DNA of 64,000 bases, taken from contig JAQFVV010000001.1 in the NCBI GenBank assembly GCA_028023455.1, forward strand, positions 2,294,001 through 2,358,000, given 5' to 3'. The position numbers and the translations under genes were made by a program. Numbering within the stretch: position 1 is the first letter of the stretch; every line of letters starts with the position of its first letter. Source of the DNA: Epiperipatus broadwayi (taxonomy: Eukaryota > Animalia > Onychophora). Of this stretch, positions 49,776 through 62,449 are shown one piece after another. Below the pieces are notes generated by a model. It ran no database searches. It was given only the letters and a program-made list of their open reading frames with translations, and was not told where the DNA came from.

Positions 49776-52700
49776 AATGTATATAAAATGGGGAAATCCT
49801 GATTTTAAGTGAATTATGAACTTCTTTATTGCATAAAATCTATTACAGTATTATTATAAAGCACTGAAAATATTGATAATGCACTATTATTTTAAATATG
49901 ACATGTGAATGCACGAAATTTATAATATTTAAAGTAATAGCACACTATCAGAGCTCGACTTCTGATCTAATAATTTTTATTACATAAAAGAAAATCACAT
50001 ACAAAGATATTAAAAAGAAACATGAATCGCATAATTTCAAAATCGCTTTAAATAAATCTGCATAAAATGAGACCCGGGTGTATTGTATTTTCAAATATAT
50101 TATATATTCAATGTTTTTTTAAGAAAAGAATATACATATCATAAATGTTATGTATTAGATTGCTGCCTGTGTTTGCAGCAGCAGAATGCCTACCTTTCTC
50201 CAGTCAGGGAGGGGGAATATTTGGGATGGCAGCATGCCATATTAAAAGTCATAGGGTCTGTTGTTGCAAACATCCTGACCTCCACTAGAGAAAGGTACAG
50301 CTTTCTGCCGTTACTAACATGGGAAGCAGGTCTAATATGTAAGTACCAATTTGATTATGATGATATGAATTTAGCACTTCATTTATTTTTTAAAATTGGA
50401 AAATATGAACACTTTTAGGATAAAAAATTAGTGAATGGATTACATTAAAAAGATTTCTAAAATTAAAAAAAAATTAATGAATACTATTTTTAAAAAGGTG
50501 TATCTATATAAACAACAGGCAGAGAATTTAATACAGGGTAATTAATTATTAAGAAGTTTGAGCACTAAAAGTTACAAAATTAAGGTCTCCATGCCCTTTG
50601 ACTTTCAGCATCTATTACTTTACTATTGCACCAAACCATGTAGATCCATCCATATGAAGATTATTAACATTAAAAGATCACCCAATAATTTTTTTATGAT
50701 TTAATGTTCTTCATATTTTTAATGTTAATATTAAGATCAGATTTATCTATGATTAAGTTAAATAATTCACTGTAGCTTTTTACTTTTTTATTTAATTTTA
50801 GATCAAAACTTAATTTTAAAATCAATATATAGATTTGCAAAATTTTTTGTTGATAACACACTAAGTCATATACTGTATAATATTAATATTCAGGAAAAGT
50901 AACTGATTATTAATCAGTCTAATTACATAGTTAGTCTTAATCTCTGTCAGAATTTATTTATTTTTTATGAAATTTTATCATATTTTGCACATTTCCAATA
51001 AGTTTTTATTTTTATATGCACTTTGATAACTTTTTATTTGTTTTTAAACTATTTTTTTAAAAACAAATATTTTTTCATAATACTTCAAAAGAAAATTGTA
51101 CCGATAATCTTAAGAGCTCTATATAAACAACCGTCTATACTAGAAATGAATATTTTTCACTTAAAAGAAAACTTTTAATATCCAAAATAGAATAAAGAGT
51201 TTTTAATTTGAGCAAATGTGTTTATCGTGTTCAAGATAAAAATCTATATAATGATCAATAGATTCTGCGTTAATGATTCCAAGTCTAACAGTTTTAGAAA
51301 AATAATTTATAATAAAATATTAATCTTTTGTTAGAGAGATTCTTTTACATTAGGTTATTTTTAGTATCACCCTTTCCTTTTATGAAGTTAGTTATTTATT
51401 GAATAATATTTTTTATTGACTTTACTATTTTATTAAGCTGGTTATATGTATTTTGAAGTGATTATTATAATTATATTCTGAAAAAAGTTTTTAGATGCTC
51501 ATGTATTCAAGTTTAAGTTAATTGTGGATGTATTTAATTTCATGCAAGCCATTAATTTTCAAAGAAGTCATTGGAGATTTAATTTTATGATTGTGGCACC
51601 ACTTTTCTTTATCATTATTATTTTTTAGCTTTTTAGCTTCTGTGCTCAGTAATTAATTATCTCCATTCAGTTTTTGAAATGTAATGCAAAAATAGCCAAA
51701 CTTTATTAATGTGAAAATTTTGCTCATTTTTATAACATATTTAAATACAACATTAGCAACATGGGATGCATTGAAAGTATTTTGATGCTGTTAATTTAAT
51801 AGCAATTGCCATTAATAAGTTATTTTCACATACTGGATTGTACCATAATAAATAAATGGTTCAAAATTCTCACAATCTATATTGTACAAGCTTATTGCAA
51901 GAGATTCTAATGTCTCATATTTGAATGTGTTTGAGTATTATGCTTTAGAATAATATTAATTAGTTGTAATTTATTTAGAATTTTGAAAATCTTTAATATT
52001 GTTATGAGAAAGCTAAATTAATCATTACTTTTATTCTTATCTTCTTTCATATTGCTTAGAGATATGAATTATTGATTTTCATTACAGTATGTGTTTAATT
52101 AAAAAAATGTCTTAAAAAGCTGATGTATAAATATTTCTTTATATGATTGATTTAATAGGTTAATATACATGGTCAATAGTTTAACAGTTTGTTTCTTTTT
52201 TAAATTATGTGTAACCAGTGATTTATTTATTTTCTGTTAGATTGCTCTTTATGACATTTATCATCTTTAATAACATTTCATAATGATTCATTTTCTTTAA
52301 GTTATATTCTATTTTTAAATAATATTGATTCATTTTTAATTAGTTTATTATTACTTTGAATCCTATATTTTTCTGTCATAGTTCTTGGGAGACTCCCAGT
52401 ATTTGTAATATGTTGTTATTATTTTTATTTATGATATTATATTTACCAGTGATTAGCTATTTTTTCTTCATTTTGATGATTTTATTTCTTATCATGAGAG
52501 TCCAATAAACTTTTTGCTTTAAGTCTTTATTATTAAGATTGATAGTAATTTGCGGTTGTTTAATTCAAAGAATATTCTCTTTTATAATCATATGCACACA
52601 CCCATATATAAAAAGTTCATTAGTTTCACTGATATAATTATATTTGAGATGATCTCAAATATGACATCCATATTATTTTTAGTTACACATATTTTTTATC

Positions 52701-55700
52701 CCTCCCTCTTTTTTTTTTCTCAAACTGTTTTTTTTATTTCAATAGTATTCTTATTTCTCAATTTATTGCTACTATTAAATATTATTTATATATATGTAAT
52801 TATTAATATTGTTATAGACTTTTTTTTAATTATATAAGATGCAAATAATCACAATTATAGCTTATTTATTATTAATCTTAGTGGTATATATTTATAAGTA
52901 CAAGTTATGAAATAGCAAATTATGCATCCAGATCATTAAAAATGAGATATTCATCACAATATAAATTTTAGAAATGTATTAAGTTCTCAATGTTAATACT
53001 GAAACACTTCAGGGCATAGGGATTAGCATGTCTGCTTTCATTCACATGACCTAGAGTTTGAATCTAGGCAAGGCAAAACTTAAAGATTTTTCTCAGATAG
53101 ATAGCTCATACTCACTCTAGCTATCTATTGATCATTAAATAATTAGAAGGTAAACATATCAAATTAGACTGTGTTGGTCAATTGAATGTTGATATGTTTC
53201 TATAAAATTGCAAAATATGGTTGTAAAATGATGCAGTCTTAGTTGCAGGAAGTGATCAAACTTCTATAGATGCTGAGAGATTCATTATTTTAATTTTTAG
53301 TGAAAAATTATATCAATGAAATTTCACCAAATTTATTTTGCTTTTTTAAATTTTGAACTTCTGCTTGAGATAAGTGAATATAACCATTACTATATGTATT
53401 TTAAAAATAATTCTAGTCATGATAAGTATGTTATTGACTGACTTTTTCTAAAGGCAATTACAATAGGTGGAGTATTCTAGTACAAATCATATTAACCCTT
53501 ATTCATTTATTTCAGTACCTAAACTTAGCCAATTGCTGTTAACAGTATAAAGAATGAAATTTTAAAAGCAAAATTGAAATTTATATTTGCTATATCATCA
53601 CTCTAATTCAAAACATTATACAACTTCAAAAAAATGTGTGGGTTATTCATAGGAAGAATTTTATCATATAATACTAAATCATCCATGCACTTTACTACTG
53701 TTACACAATGCTTTATTTACCACCCTCTTTTACAGTTTACAGTTTCCATTGCCCTAACTTCAACTGCTAAGTGCATGGATGATTAAGTATTATATGGTAT
53801 ACATTTGGCAATGTAATAAGAAAGAATAGTTATTATACTTCTTGAGGAAGAATTTTGCATATAAACTTATTTTTAAAGCAATAAATTTTATACAAAATGA
53901 AATGTGATAGTGACTTGCAAAAACACTTTTAATAAATTTATAGGCATAATAAATGCAAGTGATTGTTAGTAAAAACCTTTTGTCATTATGTTTTTTTTTT
54001 TTCTTTATCACTATTATTTGCAAACCTTCAAATGACACTGAAATCTAGAGCTGAATTATCACTTTTCTGATAATATATATTTTTAAACAAAATTAAAAAA
54101 TATATGAAAGTAAAATTTTGATTGCAATAACTTTTTATTATACCAAATAGAAGATTGTATAATATCAGAATGTAAGTCACAAGAAATAAAAATTCATGAA
54201 TCCACATTTCCAGGTGAATATAAATGCCTTTGATTTATACTAAGTCTGTCATCTAATTCATCTTGATATCTCAACATTGAATGTCTTTTATATCACTATT
54301 TTTCAGTTTGAGCAAACTAATATAACTTTGACAAATGCACTGGTCTTGTAAATGGACTGTTAATCTGAAAAAAATGTTAAGGTTTTTAAATACACTGTAT
54401 GTTTTTCGTTAATTGCAAACCCTAAGTAAGATATCATTAAAATATATAGTTTTTTTTTTTATCAATAAAAAATTTTAAAAATAAGTTTTACTGAAAGGAA
54501 AAAACAAACACATTGTTTTTATTATATTGAAGTTAAAAAATCAAAGCAAATATATTGCAAATATGGGTATATAAAGTAAGCAAATGATGCATCAAAACTA
54601 CATTATGCTTGCATTAACTTTATCAAGAGTTGTAAATAATGAAATATCTTTTATAGAAGTGATTAGATATTATCCATAAATGAAAAGGGGTTGTATGCCT
54701 TTTTATTTTATTTTAAAGCCCATTTTATAAATATTTTAGAACAGCAAATTTGATTTTTTTAGCAATACCAAGAATATTTGGGAGATAATCAGTAATTACT
54801 ATTATCTTAACTGAAATTAAATGTTAAAATATATCAAAATCTTCAAATTGATTTGATATACACAGTATTTGTAACCTTCATATATGTAATAATTTTTACA
54901 TATATATATATGTGCGAATTGAAAATTAAATGATTATAACATTCAATTAAAAATTCACTAATCCCTGCAAAGGTATATGTGACAGAGAAATCATTGGTAG
55001 TAAATTTTTAATTCGATCATTTTTGAATTCATATGTTTGGTTTATTATATTGATTCCTTTAGCTTTTGGCATTCAACAATAATCTGATTAACGATGGATT
55101 TGAGTAAAAAAAAATCCAATTATATAGAAGCTTAAAGGTACAAACATTTTGTAACACTAAATGAAAGTATTTCTAACAGTGACACAAAATCATTTACTTT
55201 AAATTTATCGTACGGTGATTATGATTTTTTTTGGGTCAAAATTAATAGAATTTTTAAATAGATCACAAAAGGAATGAAAATTAGACATGTCATGTAAAGA
55301 CTATAATATTTTAACAAACTATGCAGTGGTAGATAAATGTGAAGAAAGATATATTTTCAGAAAATATTTTATGATAAATGGCATGGAGTTGTAAAAGAAG
55401 AAATAAATCTTATTTGATGAATGATATAAATCGGGGATAACCACCAATGATTCAAAAATAATACCTAAAAGTATTTTGTGTTATGAAGTTGATGATTGCA
55501 ATCTGAAAATCATACGGGGGGGGGGTATTATTATAAAAAGTAGTCTCTCGGAGGTAACCAGAATGGTATTAGACAAGAAGCAGTTAGGGGGTGGGGGGGT
55601 TTGAATTAAAATTGAAAAACTTGAAAATATGAAAAAAAATATTAAGTAATATAAAAATAAAAATTTATGTTCAAATTGACTTTGATTTAAATTGGAAAGT

Positions 55701-56313
55701 AAAGAAAAACCAATAACATTTAGAAGATAAAATAAATAAAAAACATTTGAAAAAACAGTTTTTTAACAATGCAATTTTACAATTTAATAAGAGGAATGGC
55801 GTTCAAAGTTAAAATACTTTAAGATATTGAAAATAGTTGCTTTAACTCGCTTAAAAAAAATTAGAAAATACTAATTACAAAAAAAAAAAGGAACTTCATA
55901 AATAATATTTCTGTAGGGTAACCTTCATTACACCACTAACACAAGATAGGGACTGGTTTCTATCTGTTTTTAACACATTGGGGAGAGATTGTGATTTTGG
56001 TCTAAATCACAATCTCTTACACATATATTTATCATTGTTCAGTATATATAGATAGCCAATTACTACACTTTAATTGATAAGTATCAAACTTCTTCTCTCA
56101 TAACTTTGACATAAACCATTTGATGGAAGAATATTAATAATTTTTATTAGTAATTCATTAAAATAGAGGTTATCCACTTAATGAATATTTCTGTAGTGTA
56201 ATTTTCACTACACCACTTTCACACAAGCAGGGACTGTTTTCTATAAATTTTTAACCCTTTGTGGAGGGGTGTAATCATAAACATATGCGCAAAGACATAT
56301 GAAAAAGATGTAT

Positions 56314-56347
56314 GATCCCCAAAGGAACATTTTGTGCTAAACCAGCA
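56314..56347 (-). ncRNA. Truncated hammerhead motif (family 2; 5' core lost at inversion junction)
   Basis: Minus strand reads TGCTGGTTTAGCAC-AAAA-TGTTCC-T-TTGGGGATC. It retains C11.1 with GAAA changed to AAAA. Confidence 0.5.
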
Positions 56348-56586
56348 TGAGGTGTCCAAAGCTGATAGAAATCAGTGTCCACTCTTGAGTGAGAGTAGTA
56401 TAGTAAAAATTGACTACAGAAATATTATCCATTAAGTGGGTAATCTCTTGTCTAATGAATAAATTATTAATACATTTCCATTATGTGCTTTGTGTTTAAG
56501 GTAAGTTTGACACTTATCAATTCAACTGTAGTAATTGGCTATCTATATATACTGAATAATGATAAAGATATGAGTGAGAGATTGTA

Positions 56587-56640
56587 ATCTGGACCAACTG
56601 TTGATTGCTGATTTATTATGAAATGTGCATCTTGGGGATC
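56587..56640 (+). ncRNA. Type I hammerhead ribozyme motif (family 2, decayed)
   Basis: ATCTGGACCAA-CTGTTGA-TTGCTGATTTATTAT-GAAA-TGTGC-ATC-TTGGGGATC. Confidence 0.6.
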
Positions 56641-59600
56641 ACATATTTTTTCATGTCTTGTATCATATGTTTATAATTATACTCCTCCACAAGATATTAA
56701 AAGTGGATAGAAACCAATCCCTATTTTTCGTGAAGTGAAATGTACACTACAAAAATATTATTAATTAAGTGGATAATGTCTGGTCTAATGAATGTCTAAT
56801 AAAAATTATATTTAAAAAAAAAAAACTGTCTGAAGATTTGTAATAATGAATATTCAATTTTAAAAAGCCATGATTCTCAAGTAGAGAAGTTTTTTTTAAA
56901 AATAAAAAAAAGTTTCCTATTATACAATTTCTTATTCTTTTATCTAAAAAAAAAAAAAAATTGTCCTGACATCAATAAAGCAGAATGATTAATTGATATA
57001 AATAGCTTGGTATTAAGTGAAGTTTTTTTGCTTGTGTGTGTGTGATTCTAATATCTCTAACAAGAAAAAATCGTACACTTTTTTTTTTTGATAGAAAAAA
57101 TCTTACACTTGAGTATTGCTTTGTGCGTTTTTACACTGTAACCAAATTTTTATTGTCAATTTGTAAATAAGTTATATTTAAATGCTTTTTTGTCACTAAT
57201 ACTTTTATAATACATTTATTCTCACTCATGGATAAGAGTAATGGAAATATTAATTTGAAAATTATTGATTAAAGAATGTTTCAGAAATTGCCAAGATTTT
57301 GTTTCAAATAGATTATGTACTTTTTTTTTTATATTTGTATAATCAATGTTTTGTGCATGTTGATATTCTGAACAATATATTTCTAGTGTTGCTTTCTATG
57401 GTCATTCTCTTATCTTTTTTTCTTACTAGTGAAATAATATAAGACAAAGTTCTTGAAATATTCTAATGAAAAGTGCTTAAGTAGATGAGTTAGATGTTCG
57501 AGCTAATACTTGTATGTTATGCACATTTTTACCAAAAACAGTACTTTTCTTACTATTACTCTAATGCCATCTATTGTAAGACTGAGTAATCACTAGTTAC
57601 CTAATGATAGAGCAATTTATTAATATCAATCTCCAGACCTGACTTTTGCCTTTAATACTGAGTTATTCAATTTTGAATCCAAAATCCTTATGATAAAGTC
57701 AAAAACAGAAGCTAATCTAAAAATAAGATTAATAAATTGCAATGTCATCTAGTAATTACTTGATTACTCATGCTTATAATAGATAATGATAGAGTCAAGG
57801 AATAAGTTGAAAGAATCAGATAACATTGTGTTGGTATTAATTTGCCTTCTCAAGGAAAAAAAAGGTGTCTATAGTTAGAATAGAACTGAAGGTGCTAAAT
57901 TATGCAGATACTGACCTGATGTCAGACATATTCAAACACAGTGATGTGGGTTAAAATTTTAAGTTTTTGTTATTTTAATTTTAGATTATTAACTTGATAA
58001 TAAAAAGAGTTAAAATTGCAGATGCATTATTACATTGCTTTCAACTTTGCATCCCATGGTCCCAATAATAAATGCAAGACAGAAAACAATCTGAGGATTT
58101 TGCACTATCTTTTGGTAATGAATGATTACTTACAGTAGATGAATTTAGAATAATAAAGAATGATTGCTCTTGTTTGTACATAACAAACTGAAAGAACCAA
58201 TGCTTGATAATTTTCTTCTAAGATCAGGTATTTGCTTTATGTACTTATACTAATAACTTTTTTTATGACATAAAAGATATTTATCAAATCATTTTAATCA
58301 AATTTCAATGCAGCCATTTCAAAAGTATAGTTTAACTCAAAGATTTGTGAAACTTGAGGTTTTAATTTTCATGCTATTTTAAAATTTTAAAAAGCTGACT
58401 TGATTTAATGCCTGTCCAGCATAAGATCATAAATAAAGAAATCAATCAGATAAATCTGGAAACTTTTGACAATTCCTGCCATTAACTTAATTTGAAAAAA
58501 TCTAGAATAAATTCTTACTACATCTGAATTTGTAATTCAAATTATTTGTTTATGTACATTAATTATTCTTCATGCTGTGAATCAAAATATCATTTATTAG
58601 ATTAATATTATCCAAATTTAAGTCATACAAGATTGTGAGCAATAGGGCATTAATATAAATACATTATACTACATTAATTATAATGATGCTTTACTGAAAA
58701 ATTAACTTTATAAAGATTAAATTTACACCAAATCCATGTGAATAATGTTTATAGTAATTGTATCAATAAAAAAGTATTATATAAACTATATTATCAAATG
58801 AAAAATAGTCCACTACATAAAGTAATTTCAAATTGTATAGAAAATATCAACAACTGTAAATCATGAAACAAAATAATAGTAATAATAAGTAAAAAAAAAA
58901 GAAAGAGAAAACAAATGAAACAAAATAATTTTTAAACTTCACAGAAGACAACACCAATAATAATCATGAACCTCTGCCAGTGCTGATCACATTCTTGTAA
59001 ATAAAGAAAGACTAGATAAAATGACCAGTGTATCTGAAAACACATAAGAAATTACAAATACTAATAGAAAAGGGAAATTCATTATCTTTTTTAATTGCTT
59101 TCTGATAAAGCAAATGATAGTAGCAGTCTCTATAGTATCTATTCTCCACCAGTGATTGCTACATGCTTCTATCTTATTTCAGGAATGGTCTGGAAATAAA
59201 CAGAATTGGCCAGTTGGGTGTTGATTGAAAAAGATGGATGAATATTCTGATTCTGATTTTGCTTGGATAAACAGATATATTGTTAGCACCATTTTTTACT
59301 ATGATATTGGAAATAACATATATTGAATAGATTGTTTGAGGAGTTAATAGGCTTTTTAAATTTTTAATTTTTAGCTTGCACTCTGCTAATTTTTAGTAAG
59401 TTAAGAAACTTGTTTGAGTTCTAATATATTTTCTATATTTGAACATTTCTTTGCTCTTTTTAATAACTGTCATAGTCACCCTCCCCCGTCTCTCCTTTTT
59501 GTTTTTGTTTTCATTAGATAGTTACAATATTTTCTGAAATTCGGAAGCATTATATATAAAACTAACTATATCACATTCAAAATCTTTGCTTTCTATTTTA

Positions 59601-61929
59601 ATCCACAAAATTTATTTTTAAAAGTTTCAGAGTGATGAAATCATCATTTACCAGTGTTAGTCAAGGGCTAAAATGCAATTAAGTTTTGATGAATATTTTT
59701 TTAGAATTTGACAATATTCTTATTTATGTCATGTATTATAAATTACAATATGTTTCTATTCTCTCTTTGTTTCATAGGTTTAAATGTAACCCACTAACCT
59801 GTCTTTAAAAACAAATCAACTCATTCATATATTTTTTTATAAATTATTGTATAGATTTCAAGTGAATAATTAATCTTGTAGTTTCGAGTTTTCTTTATTT
59901 TCAAAATAAAAAAAAACACTTAAGTATATTTTATTTTAAAAATACTTTTTAATGACATTTAACTTAATTAAAAGTCTTATGATTTATTTTACAAAATATA
60001 TACATTAAAACTAATTAAGTGCCCAAGGCAGTAAGTCATTGAAAGATTATAGAAGATATACTTGTACATATTTTAATAAATTTATTTGGTTTCGTTGTTT
60101 AGTCGTAGTGTATGAGATAGAAAAACAATCTTTTATTCTATAAAAACATTTCAGTCAAATCTCGCGCAAGTAATCAAATGAAAATTTAACTTTATAAAAA
60201 AATCTAACTAATGCTTTTTCGTTTAGTTTGTTCAATTTATAAATGTTTTTATTTTATGATTGAATTTCATATTATATAAAGAAAATACCTCAAGTTTTCT
60301 TTAATAAAATAATTACAACGTAAGATTATTATAAAGAATGCATGTGTGATTTAATAGTTTTTGTGAAACAATAGTTAATCATGTTTTACTGAGGTTGAAA
60401 TATAGAATTATTTTTAAAAATATATAAAACATTTTAATTCTTTATCTTTTTGTTGATAATATTATAGTTTAAAAACGATAATTGCAGACAAAGATATGCA
60501 TTCCAACCAGGAACAGATTAAAATAGTGTAAGTTAACTGACAATAAAACATTATTTAATTGCCCATACCAGTTCTGCTCATTCTTTTGTCTGGGGAAATT
60601 GATATGTAATGAATTGTAATAGATTTCAAAAATGCAATAATTTATTAACTAATACTGTTAATAATTATTAAGATAGTTAAAATTTAAAAACAAATTTATA
60701 TAATATAAACATTTTACTGCTAAGATCTTTATTATGTAAATAATTATGTATATATCGTTAAACTTATTTATAAATATGCGTACAGTATATGATATATAAC
60801 AGATATCAGTTTAATACTAGTATTACGTAAATAAATTTAGTAAAATTGCTTCTAATAACACCCATAGCACTGGACAGATGTATCATTTTCTCCAGGCATC
60901 ATGTTTTACAAGAGCTCTAACGTGATAGAAATTAGATCAACAAAATTGCAAAATGTTATAAAAATGCAGTTTTCGCGAAAATAACAATTTTGAAAACAAT
61001 TACTGTACACAATATTTTATTTATCAACAAATTTTTATATTTTAAGGCTATTTGATACTTCCAAATTTATCATCTAAATCTTATAATAGATGTTAAAAAT
61101 AAACACAGATGGTTATATAAAATTATTTTTGTTTGATATAATATTTGATAGTAAAAGTAAGTTGTGCACCTATAGCGTATTGTCTATCTGCTTGATAAAG
61201 TTGCGTAGTACTTTAAGAATGAGAAAATAAAATATAAAATCAACACATATTTCAGTCTTTTCTATTAAGTATGTTAACACATTATAGCAATCTTTATATT
61301 TTTTATACTTTAAGAATTAAAGTAATTACCCATTAATACCTAAACTTTAAATATTCTTATTTAATCAAAGAAAATTTAATATTATAACTTTTATATTCTA
61401 AATATACTTTAATAAATAATCGTTTTTTTTCTTCACACATTCAAAATGATAGAAACTATTTAAACATCTAATTTATTCATATTTTTATTTTATGTTGCGA
61501 TATAAAATAGTAATAATAAATGCAATATGATAGTCATTTTATTAATATAAATTTTAATTTTTAAACTTTTAATTTTTAACTATATAAGTAACGTTTTAAT
61601 TAATAATTCTTTTATAATATTAAATTCTCATTTAAAATATCACAATAAATTAAACAGTTCTGTTTAAAAGTGTAAATTAATATAGTTAACTTAGTAAACT
61701 ATCTCTAATATTTTAGATAGTGAAGTTCTTAGTCATTATTTCCCAGTGAACTAAATTTTCGATGGAAGATTTTTTTTTTATGGCTATTTTAAAAGATCTA
61801 CCTATTTGATGGTAAAAGCTGTAAGTAGTAGTTTCAACATTAGCAGACAGTTCATTTTGTAAATTAAGAATATACAATATTTTTTAAAACTAAGAATAGT
61901 TATTTTCATACTCTAATAGTATCTTATAT

Positions 61930-62449
61930 CAAGGGTGGGCAAATAGCGGCCCGAGGGCCACATGCGGCCCTCTAAGAGTTTTTATGCGGCCCACCAAGAC
62001 AATCAGAAAAATCTGCCTCGAAGTGAGATTTTCTTCCCGTGCGTGACCCAAGATTCATCTCATATTTTCCACTAGGATGGCCACATCAATACATGTGCAG
62101 TGTAGATATGATGTGCAGTGCTTTTCCAGTTGATCTGTTTAATTTCAATTTTGTCTTTGCATTAGCAAATATATACATTTCCAACTTTAGCGAAATCATG
62201 AACCCTTTGAAAAAATGTAAAATTGGTGATGAATGCCATGTGTTTAATGAAGAATGGACAAACAAATATTTCTTTGGTAATACAGGGAATAAAGCAGTGC
62301 ATTTATTGTGTCATGAAAAAAAGGTGCAGTCCTCCGCTAACCTTTGCTTCTGCAAAGTGGCCCGATGCAGCCCTCTACCAACCTGTGGCTCCGATGCGGC
62401 CCTCCGCCAACCTCTGTGGCCCCTGAGCCAAAACAATTTCCCACCCCTG
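61930..62449 (+). mobile_element. Non-autonomous hAT element (SPIN/GTF2IRD2-type transposase remnant), 520 bp
   Basis: TIRs CAAGGGTGGGCAAA / revcomp CAGGGGTGGGAAA, a perfect 8-bp TSD TCTTATAT (61922-9, 62450-7), subterminal G(C/T)GGCCC repeats, and KKCKIGDECHVFNEEWTNKYFF..KAVHLLC from a transposase N-terminus. Confidence 0.95.

Larger units (their letters stand above)
48602..50080 (-). mobile_element. Tigger/pogo non-autonomous deletion derivative
   Basis: 23-bp TIRs CACC(T/C)GGGTCTCATTTTATGCAG (22/23 match) and TA TSDs (48600-1, 50081-2). A CENP-B-type HTH, ETKISILDHL..GSTEIGKHFSLGESTIRAIQKNE, is fused to an acidic C-terminal tail. Confidence 0.92.
55904..56810. mobile_element. Palindromic array of ~333-bp hammerhead-bearing monomers (retrozyme/Penelope pLTR-like)
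   Basis: Left-arm modules recur at 55904 and 56184. Inverted right-arm modules recur at 56414 and 56747. The inversion junction is at ~56350. Confidence 0.8.

Noticed and set aside
52985-53075. Degenerate tRNA/SINE-like segment (similar weak ones near 21.45, 45.95, 50.6 and 63.8 kb)
   Set aside because: Too decayed to define A/B boxes or boundaries reliably.
58130-58183. 54-nt minus-strand segment with good acceptor and donor
   Set aside because: It has no recognisable peptide or partner exons, adjoins possible hAT debris, and such sites are frequent by chance in AT-rich DNA.
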